The notes under the pieces are model-generated. The model searched no databases and was not told the DNA's origin. It worked only from the letters and a program-made list of their open reading frames with translations. Below are positions 1 to 11,400 of a stretch of 64,000 bases of DNA, piece by piece (position 1 is the stretch's first letter; the number at the start of each line of letters is the position of its first letter). This stretch comes from a virus (Duplodnaviria; Caudoviricetes). The translations under genes and the position numbers were made by a program. Where the stretch lies: positions 6,281-70,280 of IMG/VR virus record IMGVR_UViG_3300035556_000130. The stretch is one strand, 5' to 3'.

Positions 1-2013
1 ACACCAGTCTCTTCTAACGGTTTCAATTCCTTTCGCCTTGATCTCGCCCTTGTCAGCTGACTCGAACCTGTACATTGCATAGTGTTTTTTTGCCAGGATG
101 AGTATTCTTTTGGCATATGCCTCGAATACCAGTTCCATGGGTGGAGGCAGTTTTGATGTAACCATGTCGGCGATTTCAATTCCTATTTTTTTCGCAATAT
201 CAAAGTCAACGTATTCTCCACAGATATTAATAAACGTGGAATCGGTATCCCCGGCGATAACTTTTAATTTATATTGGCTATCATTGATTTCAATGTACTC
301 CTTCTGCTCTATCATGTGTTTTGTTTTTAACAGATTTTCTCGCCCGTAGCTGGTTACTGAATTAGCGATTACCGGGCTATAAAGTCTTGCTCTGGCGTAC
401 CCAGAATATCCGTAAAAGCTGTTCAGCAATATTTTCATAGCATATTGCTTGGCATCCAGACGTCTTTTTTCACCTTCGGAGATTGCCGGATTCTTCATTG
501 CTTTCTTTGCTTTTATGCGTTCGTCCAGCAACTTTTCAAGGACCCTTGGTACGATACCTCTTCTGACATCGGGTGGGACAAATTTCCCGCCACTTGGAGA
601 TGCTATGAGGTTGCAGTCAGGACACTCTTCTCGGATCTCGGTGGTGTAGCATAGATTATGCGCAATCATGGTTGTTGGATATAGCGATTTGAAATCCAAG
701 ATAACCACGTTCTCAGTCAGACCCAGCACAGGGTCCAGGACTATTGCCCCCTCAACCTGGGCTATATCATCATCTTCCAAGGCCGACTTGGTGCCCATCA
801 CATAGCCTTCTCTATTGTATTCCCGGATGAGCTTCGCTTCGATCATGCTGCTTTGCCCGCCGTTGACAACTACTTGCAGGAAGGCTCCGCTTGCTTTGGA
901 CAGGGCAATATATTTTTCCAATACCCCGGTTTTCTTGATAAGTTCCAATACCAGCAATGCATCTCGTCTTGAGTAAGAGATAAAGCGATTGATATCCGGC
1001 CCGGTCCATAGCTCCTTCATTTCACTAGGTTTAACGTCCAGCTTCTCGATACCCAGGATCTCTTTGGCAACGTTTGCCAGGCGGTAGCTTTTTAGCCTGT
1101 ATTTGTCCAGGGCTTTCACGGCGGGAAGCATATCTAAGGAGATCCGCCCGTTTAGCTGCACGGTACTTTTGCCCATATAACTCTTACACCATGCAGATTT
1201 CCCATCTCTTGACATTGAGAGGGGTACCCCGAGTCTCTTGGCTCTATCAGTTATATATGGGATATCGAATCCGTTTGAGTTGTACCCTCCTATGATGGTT
1301 GGGTCGTACTCGTCAAAAATAAACCCAAGCTTGCTGAGCATGGCAGCCTCTCCTTCGGATTGCAGAACATCGCTTCGGGGGCACTTGATGTTTTTTGCTA
1401 CCATAACCACATTTTCATGCCCTCTCCACGGGGGGTCAAATGCCAGGCTAATCAGAACTATGGGATCTTCGTCTGAGGTTGGAAGCCCACCATTATCCTT
1501 TGGAATGGCCTCAATATCTATCGCCATTATTCTTATCGGGGCATTGTCTTGGTCCCCCTGGGGAATTATGTCTTCGTGTCGAATATATTGTTTTTTTGGA
1601 ACAATGCACCAACACATCCCGGACAATTCGTGATCCACCATAAACCGATCCTTAAAAAATATATCACTCTCATATGTTTTGTTTAGATTTTGTTCACAGA
1701 AGTCACGGAGTATTTTTACATCCTTTGGATTGCGGGTGGTAACCTTTATCATTTTTCGAGGCTTAGATTGGAATCCAAGAGGGCCGAAACGATCTACAAC
1801 TTCGGTTTTTATGAGAATGCCTATCGAATCGGTAACACCCCCCAGTTGTTGGTCTATTTCGTCGATATTGCTGGAATCTACATAGAAATATGGAAGAAAC
1901 CCGGTTATGTATTTTATAACGGACTCTCCGGTCTTGGTTAGACCAAAAAGGGTTACGATCGGAAATCCATCCGCATCATAGCCATAGGTAGCATCGATTA
2001 TTTGAAGTTCCGT
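1..2013 (-). CDS. polB: Family B DNA polymerase with 3'-5' exonuclease; C-terminus runs off the window; missing from the ORF track
   Basis: Frame checked codon by codon, open from 2025 to 1. Motifs: Exo I AIDIE, Exo II GYNSNGFDIPYI, Exo III YSRRD, Pol A DFKSLYPT, Pol B KILLNSFYG, Pol C AGDTDS, KKHY, KGIETVRRDWC. Start placed at ACG 2013; first ATG is at 1752. Confidence 0.97.
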
Positions 2014-2258
2014 TCTGATAACCCCCTATACCCTATTTCTGACACGAGTTGTCTTCGTGCTCGCGCGGCCAGCTCTTTACTTGCACTGAGCCAGGAACGT
2101 CTGTGCGGTACTTCTGCGTCAAACATATTGCGCATTCTGTCTGCCACTAGATGCTTTTCTACCACTGTGGCATATTCAAGAAGTTCTAGATATGCATCTA
2201 ACAGCAATCGCATATTTGATCCCAATTGCTCCAGTTGTTCTGTGTCGGTTATGATCAC
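1998..2258 (-). CDS. Hypothetical protein, 86 aa
   Basis: Tightly coupled ORF; C-terminal ARARRQL..E motif resembles ORFs at 37949 and 41081. Confidence 0.7.
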   Translation of the reverse strand: MIITDTEQLEQLGSNMRLLLDAYLELLEYATVVEKHLVADRMRNMFDAEVPHRRSWLSASKELAARARRQLVSEIGYRGLSERNFK

Positions 2259-2575
2259 GTTGAGACCCCCAGATCTCGCTCTCTAACAGTTGTTGATGCT
2301 GCACTCGCTGCAATTTTGTTCGCGTCATATACTGGGTTCGTGGCGAATGGGATGGTGAGTATCCACTGCGTTTTTCCTACCTTCTCAACAATGCCGGCAT
2401 TGGCCAAAATCTTCAACAGCCTCCGAACCGGTTTTGGTTCAAGATTCTGAGTCATCACCAGGTCCCGAATGGTGACGGGAGATTGCTGCAACATGTATTT
2501 TATGATGCCATCCAAATTGTCGGCCTCTTCAGCAATCTGTTTTTTACTTCGGCCTATGTGCAATCGCCTGATCAT
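2255..2575 (-). CDS. Winged helix-turn-helix protein
   Basis: SPVTIRDL..TQNL..KPVRRLLKILANAGIVEK pattern; ATG at 2575 overlaps the upstream stop. Confidence 0.7.
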   Translation of the reverse strand: MIRRLHIGRSKKQIAEEADNLDGIIKYMLQQSPVTIRDLVMTQNLEPKPVRRLLKILANAGIVEKVGKTQWILTIPFATNPVYDANKIAASAASTTVRERDLGVST

Positions 2576-2736
2576 AGCCTGACCACCTCGCACAAGTTTC
2601 CAATTTCGCAGTGGACATCTCCCTCACCATCTTCTACCATGCCTCTTGCTATCTGCTCTGCAATGTTTGCATTCTTGGCATTCACCGTAACCTGAACAGT
2701 GCCATATATTTCGAATGATACATGATACCACGCCAC
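2572..2736 (-). CDS. Small hypothetical protein, 54 aa (below ORF-track cutoff)
   Basis: GTG start overlapping upstream TAG; WYHVSFEIYGTVQVTVNAKNANIAEQIA resembles the repeated unit in the 48795 ORF. Confidence 0.5.
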   Translation of the reverse strand: MAWYHVSFEIYGTVQVTVNAKNANIAEQIARGMVEDGEGDVHCEIGNLCEVVRL

Positions 2737-2882
2737 TATTGATCACCAGAGGCAAGCTTCTCCGCGAGGTTCAAAAGATTTTCCACGGCCATGGACATCG
2801 TATCCCCCATGGACCCGAACTGTTTGATCCGTTCTCGTTGTGCGCGCGTCACCCTGATTACTACCATATCATCTTGTGACAT
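2736..2882 (-). CDS. Small ribbon-helix-helix-like DNA-binding protein, 48 aa
   Basis: MSQDDMVVIRVTRAQRERIKQFGSMGDTMSMAVENLL strand-helix-helix pattern; TATA-like element at about 2905-2912. Confidence 0.5.
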   Translation of the reverse strand: MSQDDMVVIRVTRAQRERIKQFGSMGDTMSMAVENLLNLAEKLASGDQ

Positions 2883-2948
2883 GATGTGACATCATGCTAC
2901 ATTGGTATATATAGGTTTCCGTAGCCAAAAATGATCACAGTAAATCAC

Positions 2949-2985
2949 CAAGGAGGCCCGTCCCCTTCAGGGCGGGGTAGTTGAC
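2949..2985 (+). mobile_element. Solo IS200/IS605-type right-end hairpin remnant
   Basis: CCCGTCCCCTTCAGGGCGGGGTAGTTGAC matches the tnpB element right end (GCCACGTCCTTCAGGGCGTGGTAGTTGAC). Confidence 0.75.
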
Positions 2986-3737
2986 CTCCAGATGCCGTCC
3001 ACCTGAAACATCTTATGGGCAGACTTGCCGAAACGTCTGCCGTTTATCTTGATGTTTTCCAATGTGGATAGGTTGCCGCTGTCTAGGCAAACCTGGGCTT
3101 CCTGTAAAAACTCGGAGACAGAACCATATGTTTTAAGTATGGCCTCGGCTCGTTCCCACCCTATTCCAGGGAGATTACATAACACGTTTATGGCATGCAT
3201 GTTTTTCCTGGGCTTGCTACATAGCGTAATGGGTGGATCACTAGTTATATCATGTATCATATAATTTATTAGCATCCGGAAAGAATCTATGGGATTCCGA
3301 GAAAGAAAAACTGGCAACACTCCTATAGATTTTATGTCTCCGAGTACGGCATATATCATGTTTTCGTCCAGGAGGATTCGTTCTTCGGGTTTTTCAACTA
3401 GATTTCCATCTTCTGTTTTGTAGTAGGGCGGTATAGCTTCAATCAGCTCTGTCATACTGCCCATGATACTAAGATATCCATAATCGCATGATAGGGCTAT
3501 ATCCATGCATTGCCGCCCCAGTCGGCCTCTTGGTGGCATACTGCCGAAGAAGTCATCCAGCTCTTTGATCTCCGCGCCTATCTGTTTGCCGGATTCTTCA
3601 TCTACCAGCAACAAATCAAAGTCCAGGTTTGCAGGTTCCGGTTTATTTATTATTTTTTTATAATAAGTCCAGGCTTCGTCCAAGAAATCGGGCCTCTTGC
3701 CCTGTTTTTCGTTGGTGTCAAAAAAAATAGAATACAT
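2967..3737 (-). CDS. ERCC4/XPF-type structure-specific nuclease with helix-hairpin-helix
   Basis: FDTNE, EIKELDDFFGS..PRGRLGRQ core; LCNLPGIGWERAEAILKTYGSV HhH. Confidence 0.85.
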   Translation of the reverse strand: MYSIFFDTNEKQGKRPDFLDEAWTYYKKIINKPEPANLDFDLLLVDEESGKQIGAEIKELDDFFGSMPPRGRLGRQCMDIALSCDYGYLSIMGSMTELIEAIPPYYKTEDGNLVEKPEERILLDENMIYAVLGDIKSIGVLPVFLSRNPIDSFRMLINYMIHDITSDPPITLCSKPRKNMHAINVLCNLPGIGWERAEAILKTYGSVSEFLQEAQVCLDSGNLSTLENIKINGRRFGKSAHKMFQVDGIWRSTTPP

Positions 3738-3740
3738 GTC

Positions 3741-3968
3741 TCACTCGATTATATATTGTGACGAATTGCGCCATATAATAATCGCAATACCTGACAGCAT
3801 CGTGATGGCTGCGGGCACGGCTGTTTCGATTGTCTGAAACTGGGTTATATCTACTTCAGCCATGCTTATCTGTATTGCGCCAAGGATGGTCACAACGAGT
3901 CCACCCCATGCTATCTTGCTTTTCTTAAGTTTCTTCGTTTTACATGTTGTTTCCGTCAATGTTTTCAC
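3741..3968 (-). CDS. Small two-helix membrane protein (holin-like)
   Basis: Basic KKLKKSK followed by two hydrophobic segments. Confidence 0.55.
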   Translation of the reverse strand: MKTLTETTCKTKKLKKSKIAWGGLVVTILGAIQISMAEVDITQFQTIETAVPAAITMLSGIAIIIWRNSSQYIIE

Positions 3969-4206
3969 CTCCCAGATCTTTTATTATTCTATTGCACTGC
4001 TCACATATATTACCTGCGACTTCCTCCAATGGGCAGTACGTATCCGAGAAGCTATCCTTGCTAATTACCCCCATTGCTCTGAGCGCGTCGAGGCATTCAA
4101 CTACGATGTCCCTTGGTAGCTGCACATTATGCGTTATTTCGTCGGTGGTTTTGCATGATGTCAGGGCCTGGTGGACTATTTTTAAATCTTCAAGTGTGGC
4201 CATCAC
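3940..4206 (-). CDS. HTH protein with C-terminal Cys cluster
   Basis: TTDEITHNVQLPRDIVVECLDALRAMGVI HTH pattern; C..CEQC. Confidence 0.55.
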   Translation of the reverse strand: MMATLEDLKIVHQALTSCKTTDEITHNVQLPRDIVVECLDALRAMGVISKDSFSDTYCPLEEVAGNICEQCNRIIKDLGGENIDGNNM

Positions 4207-4254
4207 ATATCACAGGCTTGAGATAGGTTCCACTCTAGAAATAGATTTCGGTCG

Positions 4255-4270
4255 AAAGAAAAAAAAGGTT
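4255..4270 (-). terminator. Archaeal T-tract terminator
   Basis: T8 run on the minus strand just after the stop at 4271. Confidence 0.5.
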
Positions 4271-5467
4271 TCAGATGCTATTGATGATAGCATCCCAGGA
4301 CAACTTGTTTCCAAAGTCGGATGGCACCGCAAATTTCGCATACAGTGTTTTGGTTTCACCGGGTGCAATGGAGCTGTATTTCTGTGGGTCGCCCATATAC
4401 TGATATGTTTTTTTGGTGTCATTGTCGGTGATCACGACCCCGAGCCAGCCTTTCCAGACATCATCCCCTACATTTTTTACAGTGTATCCGAACCAGGTAT
4501 CTGATCCATCTTTTCTCACCGTGTTGCAGACGGGAGATATGAGGCTAAGTACAGCAGACGGCTTTGTTACCGTTGACGTACATGCAGCAGGATAGGCGTT
4601 AGCAATCCCCCCAACGTATTTTACTGCGGCTTTGGCATCTAAGGATTCTGCCATTGGGTTGTATCCTTTGGCCTTACCGGTTTCCATCATTTTTGTATTT
4701 ATGCTCACGGTGTCATTTATTGGATAATATATCGCCGCTATAAGTCGGCCATATGCATCTTCTCCCTTTATTGCCAACTTGACCACGGTTCCAGGGGGGA
4801 TCTGTTCTGCAAGCCAGGACTTGGCGGTTCGTCCTGCCGGGAAACTCAGTTCGGATGATGATATCCCATGGAGCCGGACATTGAATGGGGTTGTGACACA
4901 GAGCTGACCGGGAAGGCATTGCTGGACTGCTTGTATGGTATCTCCGTCTGTGACTTCCATTACGACAGCCATCATATCGTACCCGGTCATGTCGGTAGTC
5001 TGGCCCAAGTTGTCTATATAACTATTTAACGAGTTGTTGATAACTTCGCTTCCCTTGTTTACGATGTAGTTGTTGCCCATCGGTGTAAGGGTTATTTCAG
5101 ACCCGATTGGCAGGTGCAGCTCCAACCATTCCTTTGCTTCGGCATCGCGTGTTCTTGGAAATACACCATATAATATGACAGTCTTTGGTGTCAGATCGCA
5201 GACCTGGCCCGGCGCGCAGTCCATAAGAACCCTGATTGTTGATCCGTCAACAATCTCGGTCACTTTTCCGGTGACTTCCAGACCTATTTCTGGTGGATTA
5301 TATCTAGTACCCAATGCCGAGAAAATCCATGCAATGTCTGTCGGGCCAACATCCTCGCTGTTGTTGAGATCAGCAAGGATCGCGTCTATTAACCCTTCCG
5401 AGTTTATTGTTCCACCCGAAAAAAAATGGGTTGACAAATAGCTCTTTCTGGCTTCTGTGATTGCCAT
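4271..5467 (-). CDS. Protein with two staphylococcal-nuclease (SNase) domains and a C-terminal Ig/CARDB-like domain
   Basis: Domain 2: VTDGDTI, VRLHGI, EDAYGRLIA, INTKMMETGKA; domain 1 degenerate (IVDGSTI); C-terminal GYTVKNVG...IAPGETKTL; ATG coupled to the stop of the giant gene. Confidence 0.85.
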   Translation of the reverse strand: MAITEARKSYLSTHFFSGGTINSEGLIDAILADLNNSEDVGPTDIAWIFSALGTRYNPPEIGLEVTGKVTEIVDGSTIRVLMDCAPGQVCDLTPKTVILYGVFPRTRDAEAKEWLELHLPIGSEITLTPMGNNYIVNKGSEVINNSLNSYIDNLGQTTDMTGYDMMAVVMEVTDGDTIQAVQQCLPGQLCVTTPFNVRLHGISSSELSFPAGRTAKSWLAEQIPPGTVVKLAIKGEDAYGRLIAAIYYPINDTVSINTKMMETGKAKGYNPMAESLDAKAAVKYVGGIANAYPAACTSTVTKPSAVLSLISPVCNTVRKDGSDTWFGYTVKNVGDDVWKGWLGVVITDNDTKKTYQYMGDPQKYSSIAPGETKTLYAKFAVPSDFGNKLSWDAIINSI

Positions 5468-5468
5468 T

Positions 5469-8400
5469 TTAAGCCTCCCTGTATAGTGCAATTAGTTCTT
5501 TCACATCGTCCGCTACAAAAGCCCAGTTACCGGTTATTTTCGGGGTTGCTTCTGCTTTTGCGGTGGTTGCCAGTTCGGTGTTGCTTCTAGCAATTGCATA
5601 TGCATAGACGATGTGATCCGGAGTAATCGCCTCGATGCCGCCCATGGCATCTACAAATCGTACTGCTCTCGATTTGGTATCGTCTGGAGTGGTGTCCTGA
5701 TATAGGGTAACTGATTTGCGAGCGATGCTGCCGCTATACACTTGCACTGGCAGAGTATATGGTTTGTAGCCATCCTTTTTGATGGTTATCGTATGAATAC
5801 CGGCTTCAACACTGATTATTTCATCGGTTGAGCCGATTCTTTCAGTGCCTTCATACACATCTGCATTCAATCCGGCGGCGTCTATGAAGATGCCAGTTTC
5901 GCCCGTTGACTTGGAATATGTTGATCCGCCACTTCTGCCGCTGGAATACCCTCCGCTTCCACCACCGCCGCCACCACCAGAGGTCTTGCTGCCACTTCCC
6001 CGCCAGGTTTGATTATAATTTTCATCATTGGCAAGGAATGCCTCAATGTCGGTGCTGCCACTGTTGATAAATTCTGCATATTTCCCAGTGTCAATGGTGT
6101 ATTCACTGCCGTCAGACGTCGTTTTCTTCTGATCGATATCATATTGCCCAGTTAGTGGATTCAGCAACTTTCCACTTTGAATTATGCCCGTGGTGTGCGG
6201 GTAACCGGTGTCATCGATCCACGAGACGGTGGTTCCAGTCGCGGTTACTTTAAAGTTTGCTGGGTTGTTTTGTCTGGCGGTAAAGATTGCAGCCTGCTCT
6301 GCTGGCATATATTGTTCTATACGAGCATTGTCGTCAACCAGACCACTTGCCTTATATTCTTTTATTTTGGCAGCAAGAACAACCGGATCAGATATTGCAG
6401 CCAGCTCATTGCTTATCGTTTTGCTTACAGCCTCTTTTTGAAAGATTGCGGTTATTTGGGCGGGCGTCATATCCGGATATGCGGACTCCAATTTTTTCAT
6501 GTTTATACTGCCGTCCGCATTGGTAAAGATAGCTCTCCAGACAATCGCGTCCTGCGGCTGTGATCCGTTATACTGAGCATATCGAGATACTGCATCAATG
6601 CTTGTTGGAGCTACACCCAACACCGCTCTCTGTTGAGGGGTTAACCCATCCATAGTTATTACAGGCGACGTGCTGCCTACGGTGGTTAACGATTTTACTG
6701 TTCCATCAGGCATCATTTGTCCAATGATTGCAGACGGATCTTTTACATCGCTTCCTTTTATTACATGCCCTTGTTGATCGACGTAATAGTTGTCTGGGGT
6801 GATTACTGGTCCTGTTGCAGGTTCGGCTGTAATATTTGCCTTGGCATTCATATATGCCTGGTTAGCAAGTTCTGATTCGGCTCCTCCTTTTACCAGCTGG
6901 TTATATGCACTTGTAAATTCTTTTGTGAGGGTGTCCTTAGCGCCCTGGTTTCCAGCGGCAATCATATGACCAAGACCAACAGCAATAGCCTCATTTGGAT
7001 CGGTGATTCCGAGACCCTTTGCAATCATGTTGTTGGGACCTACGCTACCATCGTCCTGCATATCATATATGCGGCGAACCAGGTCCCCGTTGCAGAATGC
7101 TATTGTTTCTGGATGCAGTGCCCAGTACTGCGGACGCTCTGATTCGGGCCTTATGTGGCCCCAACAACCTTCTCCAACGCTATCGCATCCTTCATCTTTG
7201 ACCCATACCCCTGCTCGTTCAAGTTTACCAAGTTTATCGGCTATCTGACCCAATGCTGCCCAGTCCATGAACCATTTGAAGCCATCTGGTGCAGGAAACA
7301 CATTGCGTGCAAATGGAACATTGTCAAGGAACCAATCGAATGGAGCCAATTTTTCCTTTATTGAATTTATTGCAGGTATGCCTATTGCATTCATCTGCTC
7401 TGCAAACATGTCCTCTGGAACGTTGTATCCGGTCAACTGGATCAACGACTGAACACCTTCTTCTGCGGCAAAGTATATGAAGAGAGCACTGTTTGCAACT
7501 GCCCACCCACCAATTAGGCTCCCAGTTATTTTGAATTTGTTTCTGTAAGCCCATCTAGCAACTGCGCCAGCTGATCCCAGTACTGATCCACGTATAAACT
7601 TGGTGAACTTATCCATCGGCAGAATTTCCCTGATCTGGGCAAGCGTTTCAAGATCGTCCGGCGTTATGATTCTCTTTGAATAAAATGCCTCTATGAATTC
7701 TTTCTGCTTGCCGGACAGAGAATTGTAGTTCGGATGCGCTTTGATGTCAGATATTATCGCATCCTGGCCAGCTCTTTGATATCGCTGCCCCACCACTGGG
7801 TCAACATCGTAGACCTTGTTGAATGCCTCATCTGCAAATGCTTCATCCTTCAATGCGGCTCTAACATCTGGATCTTCCAACAACTTCCGAAGTTCGTCTG
7901 ACTTATTCGCCATGCTGGAATCCAGTATATTGTCAAGCTTCAACCGCCCTAGATCAGCTCCAACCGATACTCCTTCATATGCCTTAGCATTATCTACGAT
8001 TCTGGTGACTTGCTGGTAATCGTTCTGATTGAGTTGCCGGGTCATCGCCTTGCGAATATATTCCTGGTCAGTTGCTGACATTTTGGCTCGGGTAGCGTCG
8101 TCTATGCGGCTTACGGCTCCCTGGTAATGGAATCCCATAATCTTTTCAGCTGCTGATCGATCACTGCCGAGTTTTTCAGAGATTGCCATTGCCAGACTTT
8201 CAGCCTCTTCTCTGGAGGTGTTTCGGAGGTATGCTTTGAGATCATCGCTCTTGGCAAGTGCTTCATCCAGAGCTGCCCTGCCATCCCTGACAGAAAGCCC
8301 ATCTAACTGACGGATGAGATCATCTACGGTGGTTTGACCATTGATTATCTGATTTCCTCGGGCCTGCTGGACATTTCTGGAGTCGTACACCTCTTGATTC

Positions 8401-11400
8401 AGTCGGCGGGCACGATTCTTTAATGCATCCACCTGGGCTTTCAGACCATCGATTTGAGACTTGATACCAGCCTTTTCTCTGGCGGGAGCTGCTTCCAGTT
8501 TGCTGCCAAGCTCCTGTATCTGCCGGCCAAGGTCGGACAGTTCATCCTCAACGGCAATTCTTTCTGCGGTTTTTGCTGCAACTGCGCGCTGAGCTTCCTG
8601 GTATTCTGAGGCAAGACTCTCGGGGGTTATCGCGTCAGGTGCTGTTTCTGGGGTCCGGGTGCTCGGGGTTTCTTCAGGTACTTTGATGCTTGGTGTTTCA
8701 GTTGGTACTACTTCTGGTGTTATTTCTGGGGATTTCCGAACATCATCTACCATCTTGGCTCTGGTTTCATCCAGATACTTGGTGAGGTATTGCAGATCTT
8801 CGTCCGGTATGCCTCGAATGAGCGCTTGCACATTTGGATCATCAACCAGGGCTTTGAAGGTGTCTGCATCCAATCGTTGCAAATCAATGCCAGACATTTC
8901 ACCAATTCGAACAGCATCTTTTTCGACAACTTCAACCGTGCGGCCAATCTGGAAAGCATTGGATTTGTCGGCTTCCCTAACCGTGGACCATAGGATACCA
9001 TCTTCGGTCAGCAAATCGATCTTGACAAAATCTTTGGTCATATCAAAATCGAGTCCACCAGACTCTGTTAATCCTTTCCAGACGGCTTCATCTGCTGCAT
9101 ATGGGTCAGCCTTGCTGATAGCTACTATTTTGCTTCCAGAAGCGTTTTCTGGTACTCGAAAATCAGTTGGAACATTAACTGGTTTCTCCCAGAAGAACAT
9201 CTTAACCGGAGTTGAAGCAACATTCATTGCTTCGTCGGCAGAGAACACGATATCGTTCTTTCGAATGAACTGAAATTCACCCTCTGGGGAGCGTACTGCC
9301 CAACCATCCATTTTTTTGAACTTGTGCGGGGCTGCTTGCCATCCATTGGCACCTGTGATGGCATGTCCATCTTGGAGTGCTTTTTCGAATGCTTTTGCAA
9401 GGGATGCTTTGGTGGGCCCTTTTGTCCCGGTGACTACCAGAATGTCACTATACTTGCTGTTTCCTAGTATAAGCTCTGCCATGCTAAAATCAGCATTTTC
9501 ATCCAACCAGGATGCCGGCATCTGAGAAATTAGTTCTTTGGCTGATTTTAAGGATTCTACGATTTTGTTCCAAGCGAGTGTTGCTTTTGCAGTCCAGGTT
9601 GCCTTTATAGCGTTAAACTTTTCCAGCAAGTTGGGTGTAGTTGTGGGTTCGCCTATGAAGTATCTGATTTCATCCATGATCACATCCTGGTCTGCTTTGG
9701 ACGCCTCCTTGAACTCGTTAAACTGCAAAAAGTCATCCATATTTGCTTCTGCTTTTGCCTGATGAACAATGATCTCTTTTTCAGGCCCGAGATTGGAACT
9801 CTTGATATCTGCGTCACTCAAATTTTTTATACTATCTTTTGATGCGGTGACATGGTTCTGGAACTCCGATAGAGGCATCATATTGATAGGGGCATCTCCA
9901 ACTGCCTCGTCAAATGCTATTCTTGCAGCATCGCTCATTTGGGATCGCAGATATTGAATCCTCGCAATCTCGGTTTCCGTTAGTATCTCGCCATTCTTGG
10001 CTTTGGCCAGGAGGCTTACATCTCCAGATTGTGCAAACTGTCCGAAATCAGCTGTCTGTGTAAATCTGGTCCATGCGTCAGCAACTCCCTCAACTCCTCC
10101 TTCTCTGGCGGCCAACGATGCGATCATATCATTGTACAAAGTAGACAACTCTGACTGAGTTGGGGCGACGTATGATGGAACATATTCAGTCGGCGTCGTG
10201 GTAGTCGGAGTTGTGATAGTCGGCGTAGTGGTGGTTGGTGTAGTTGCCGCAAGCCTGTCTGATAGATACTTGCCGTATTCTTCGGGAGTTTGCCGAACAT
10301 TGGTGTAGGGATTCAGAATTTCAAAGGTTCCATCCTTGTTTCGGAAATAGTAATATCCACCCTCGCTGTTCCAGATTGGAGCCTCCTCTGCTTCCATCAG
10401 TTTATCAAATTGTTCCTTGGAAAGCCAGTTTCCGGTTTGAGGGTCCATGTATTGGACTTCCTGTGTTACGGAATTGGTTCTGGTTCTGGCATTGTTTTTG
10501 GTTTCGTCAATCCCGTAGGTATAGGTTGGATTGTTTCGTGCAATGGCTGCTCTTTCGGCATCTAGATCTGCTTTTGAAACCCAATTACCTGCTGAATCTT
10601 GATAAACTTTTGACCCATCTTTGTTAAGTTTTGTATAGGTGTTAAGCTCAGCATCGTACTTTGGAGACCTATCGGCGGTTCTCTTCAGTACCAGTTCCTC
10701 GTATTCGGTGGTGGATAGAATGTTGCCAGTTTCGGGGTCTTTTACTTGCCAGGTCTTGCCATTATCCAGGGATCGCAGTTCAGTCCCCCAGTTTTGATTA
10801 TATGCCCACTGGCTTACATCTTGGCCCGTGACAATGCTTCCTCCGGTGGCGTCGTCCACGTACCCTCCACCGCCTCCAATTGGACCAGCGTCACCCATTT
10901 CGCCGCCGTATCCATCGGGCCCGCCAAGCATTTCGTCCGAGACGGATGTCGGAGCATGGCTTCCTGTTCCTTGGTATTGTTCGGGCAGTGATTTGAGACG
11001 GGCGTCCCATTCTGTTGCCAGGGCCAACGCATCGTCGTTTGTGGTTATTGGCCGGGTTGTAACAACATCCTGCACATTTCCAAAGTCATCTGTGTAGGTA
11101 ATTTGCCAGGTATCTACTGAGCCTGGTCTGGATACCTTGGTGATGATTGGATTTCCAGATTCATCGACCGTTAGGGCTACTTTTTTAGCAGGAACATAGT
11201 CCTTGTGCACCTGGTAATAGTTGCCTTTGCCATCAATGTCTACCAAGTATTTTCCGTCAGTGGTTTCCATTACCCCGGTTTCACGAACTTTTGCAATGGT
11301 GAACCGGTTACCAACTGGATCAACTACGTCGAACGGTTTGAACCCTTCATCCAGTATTGTGCCTTTTTTCATGTCAAAGAATTTGGTCTCGGTTGCAGCG

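Noticed and set aside
9030-9056. GLDFDMTKD in the giant protein, similar to the DFDID catalytic loop of crAss-like virion RNA polymerases
   Set aside because: The third Asp is missing (DFDMT) and no other double-psi-barrel motifs were recognised
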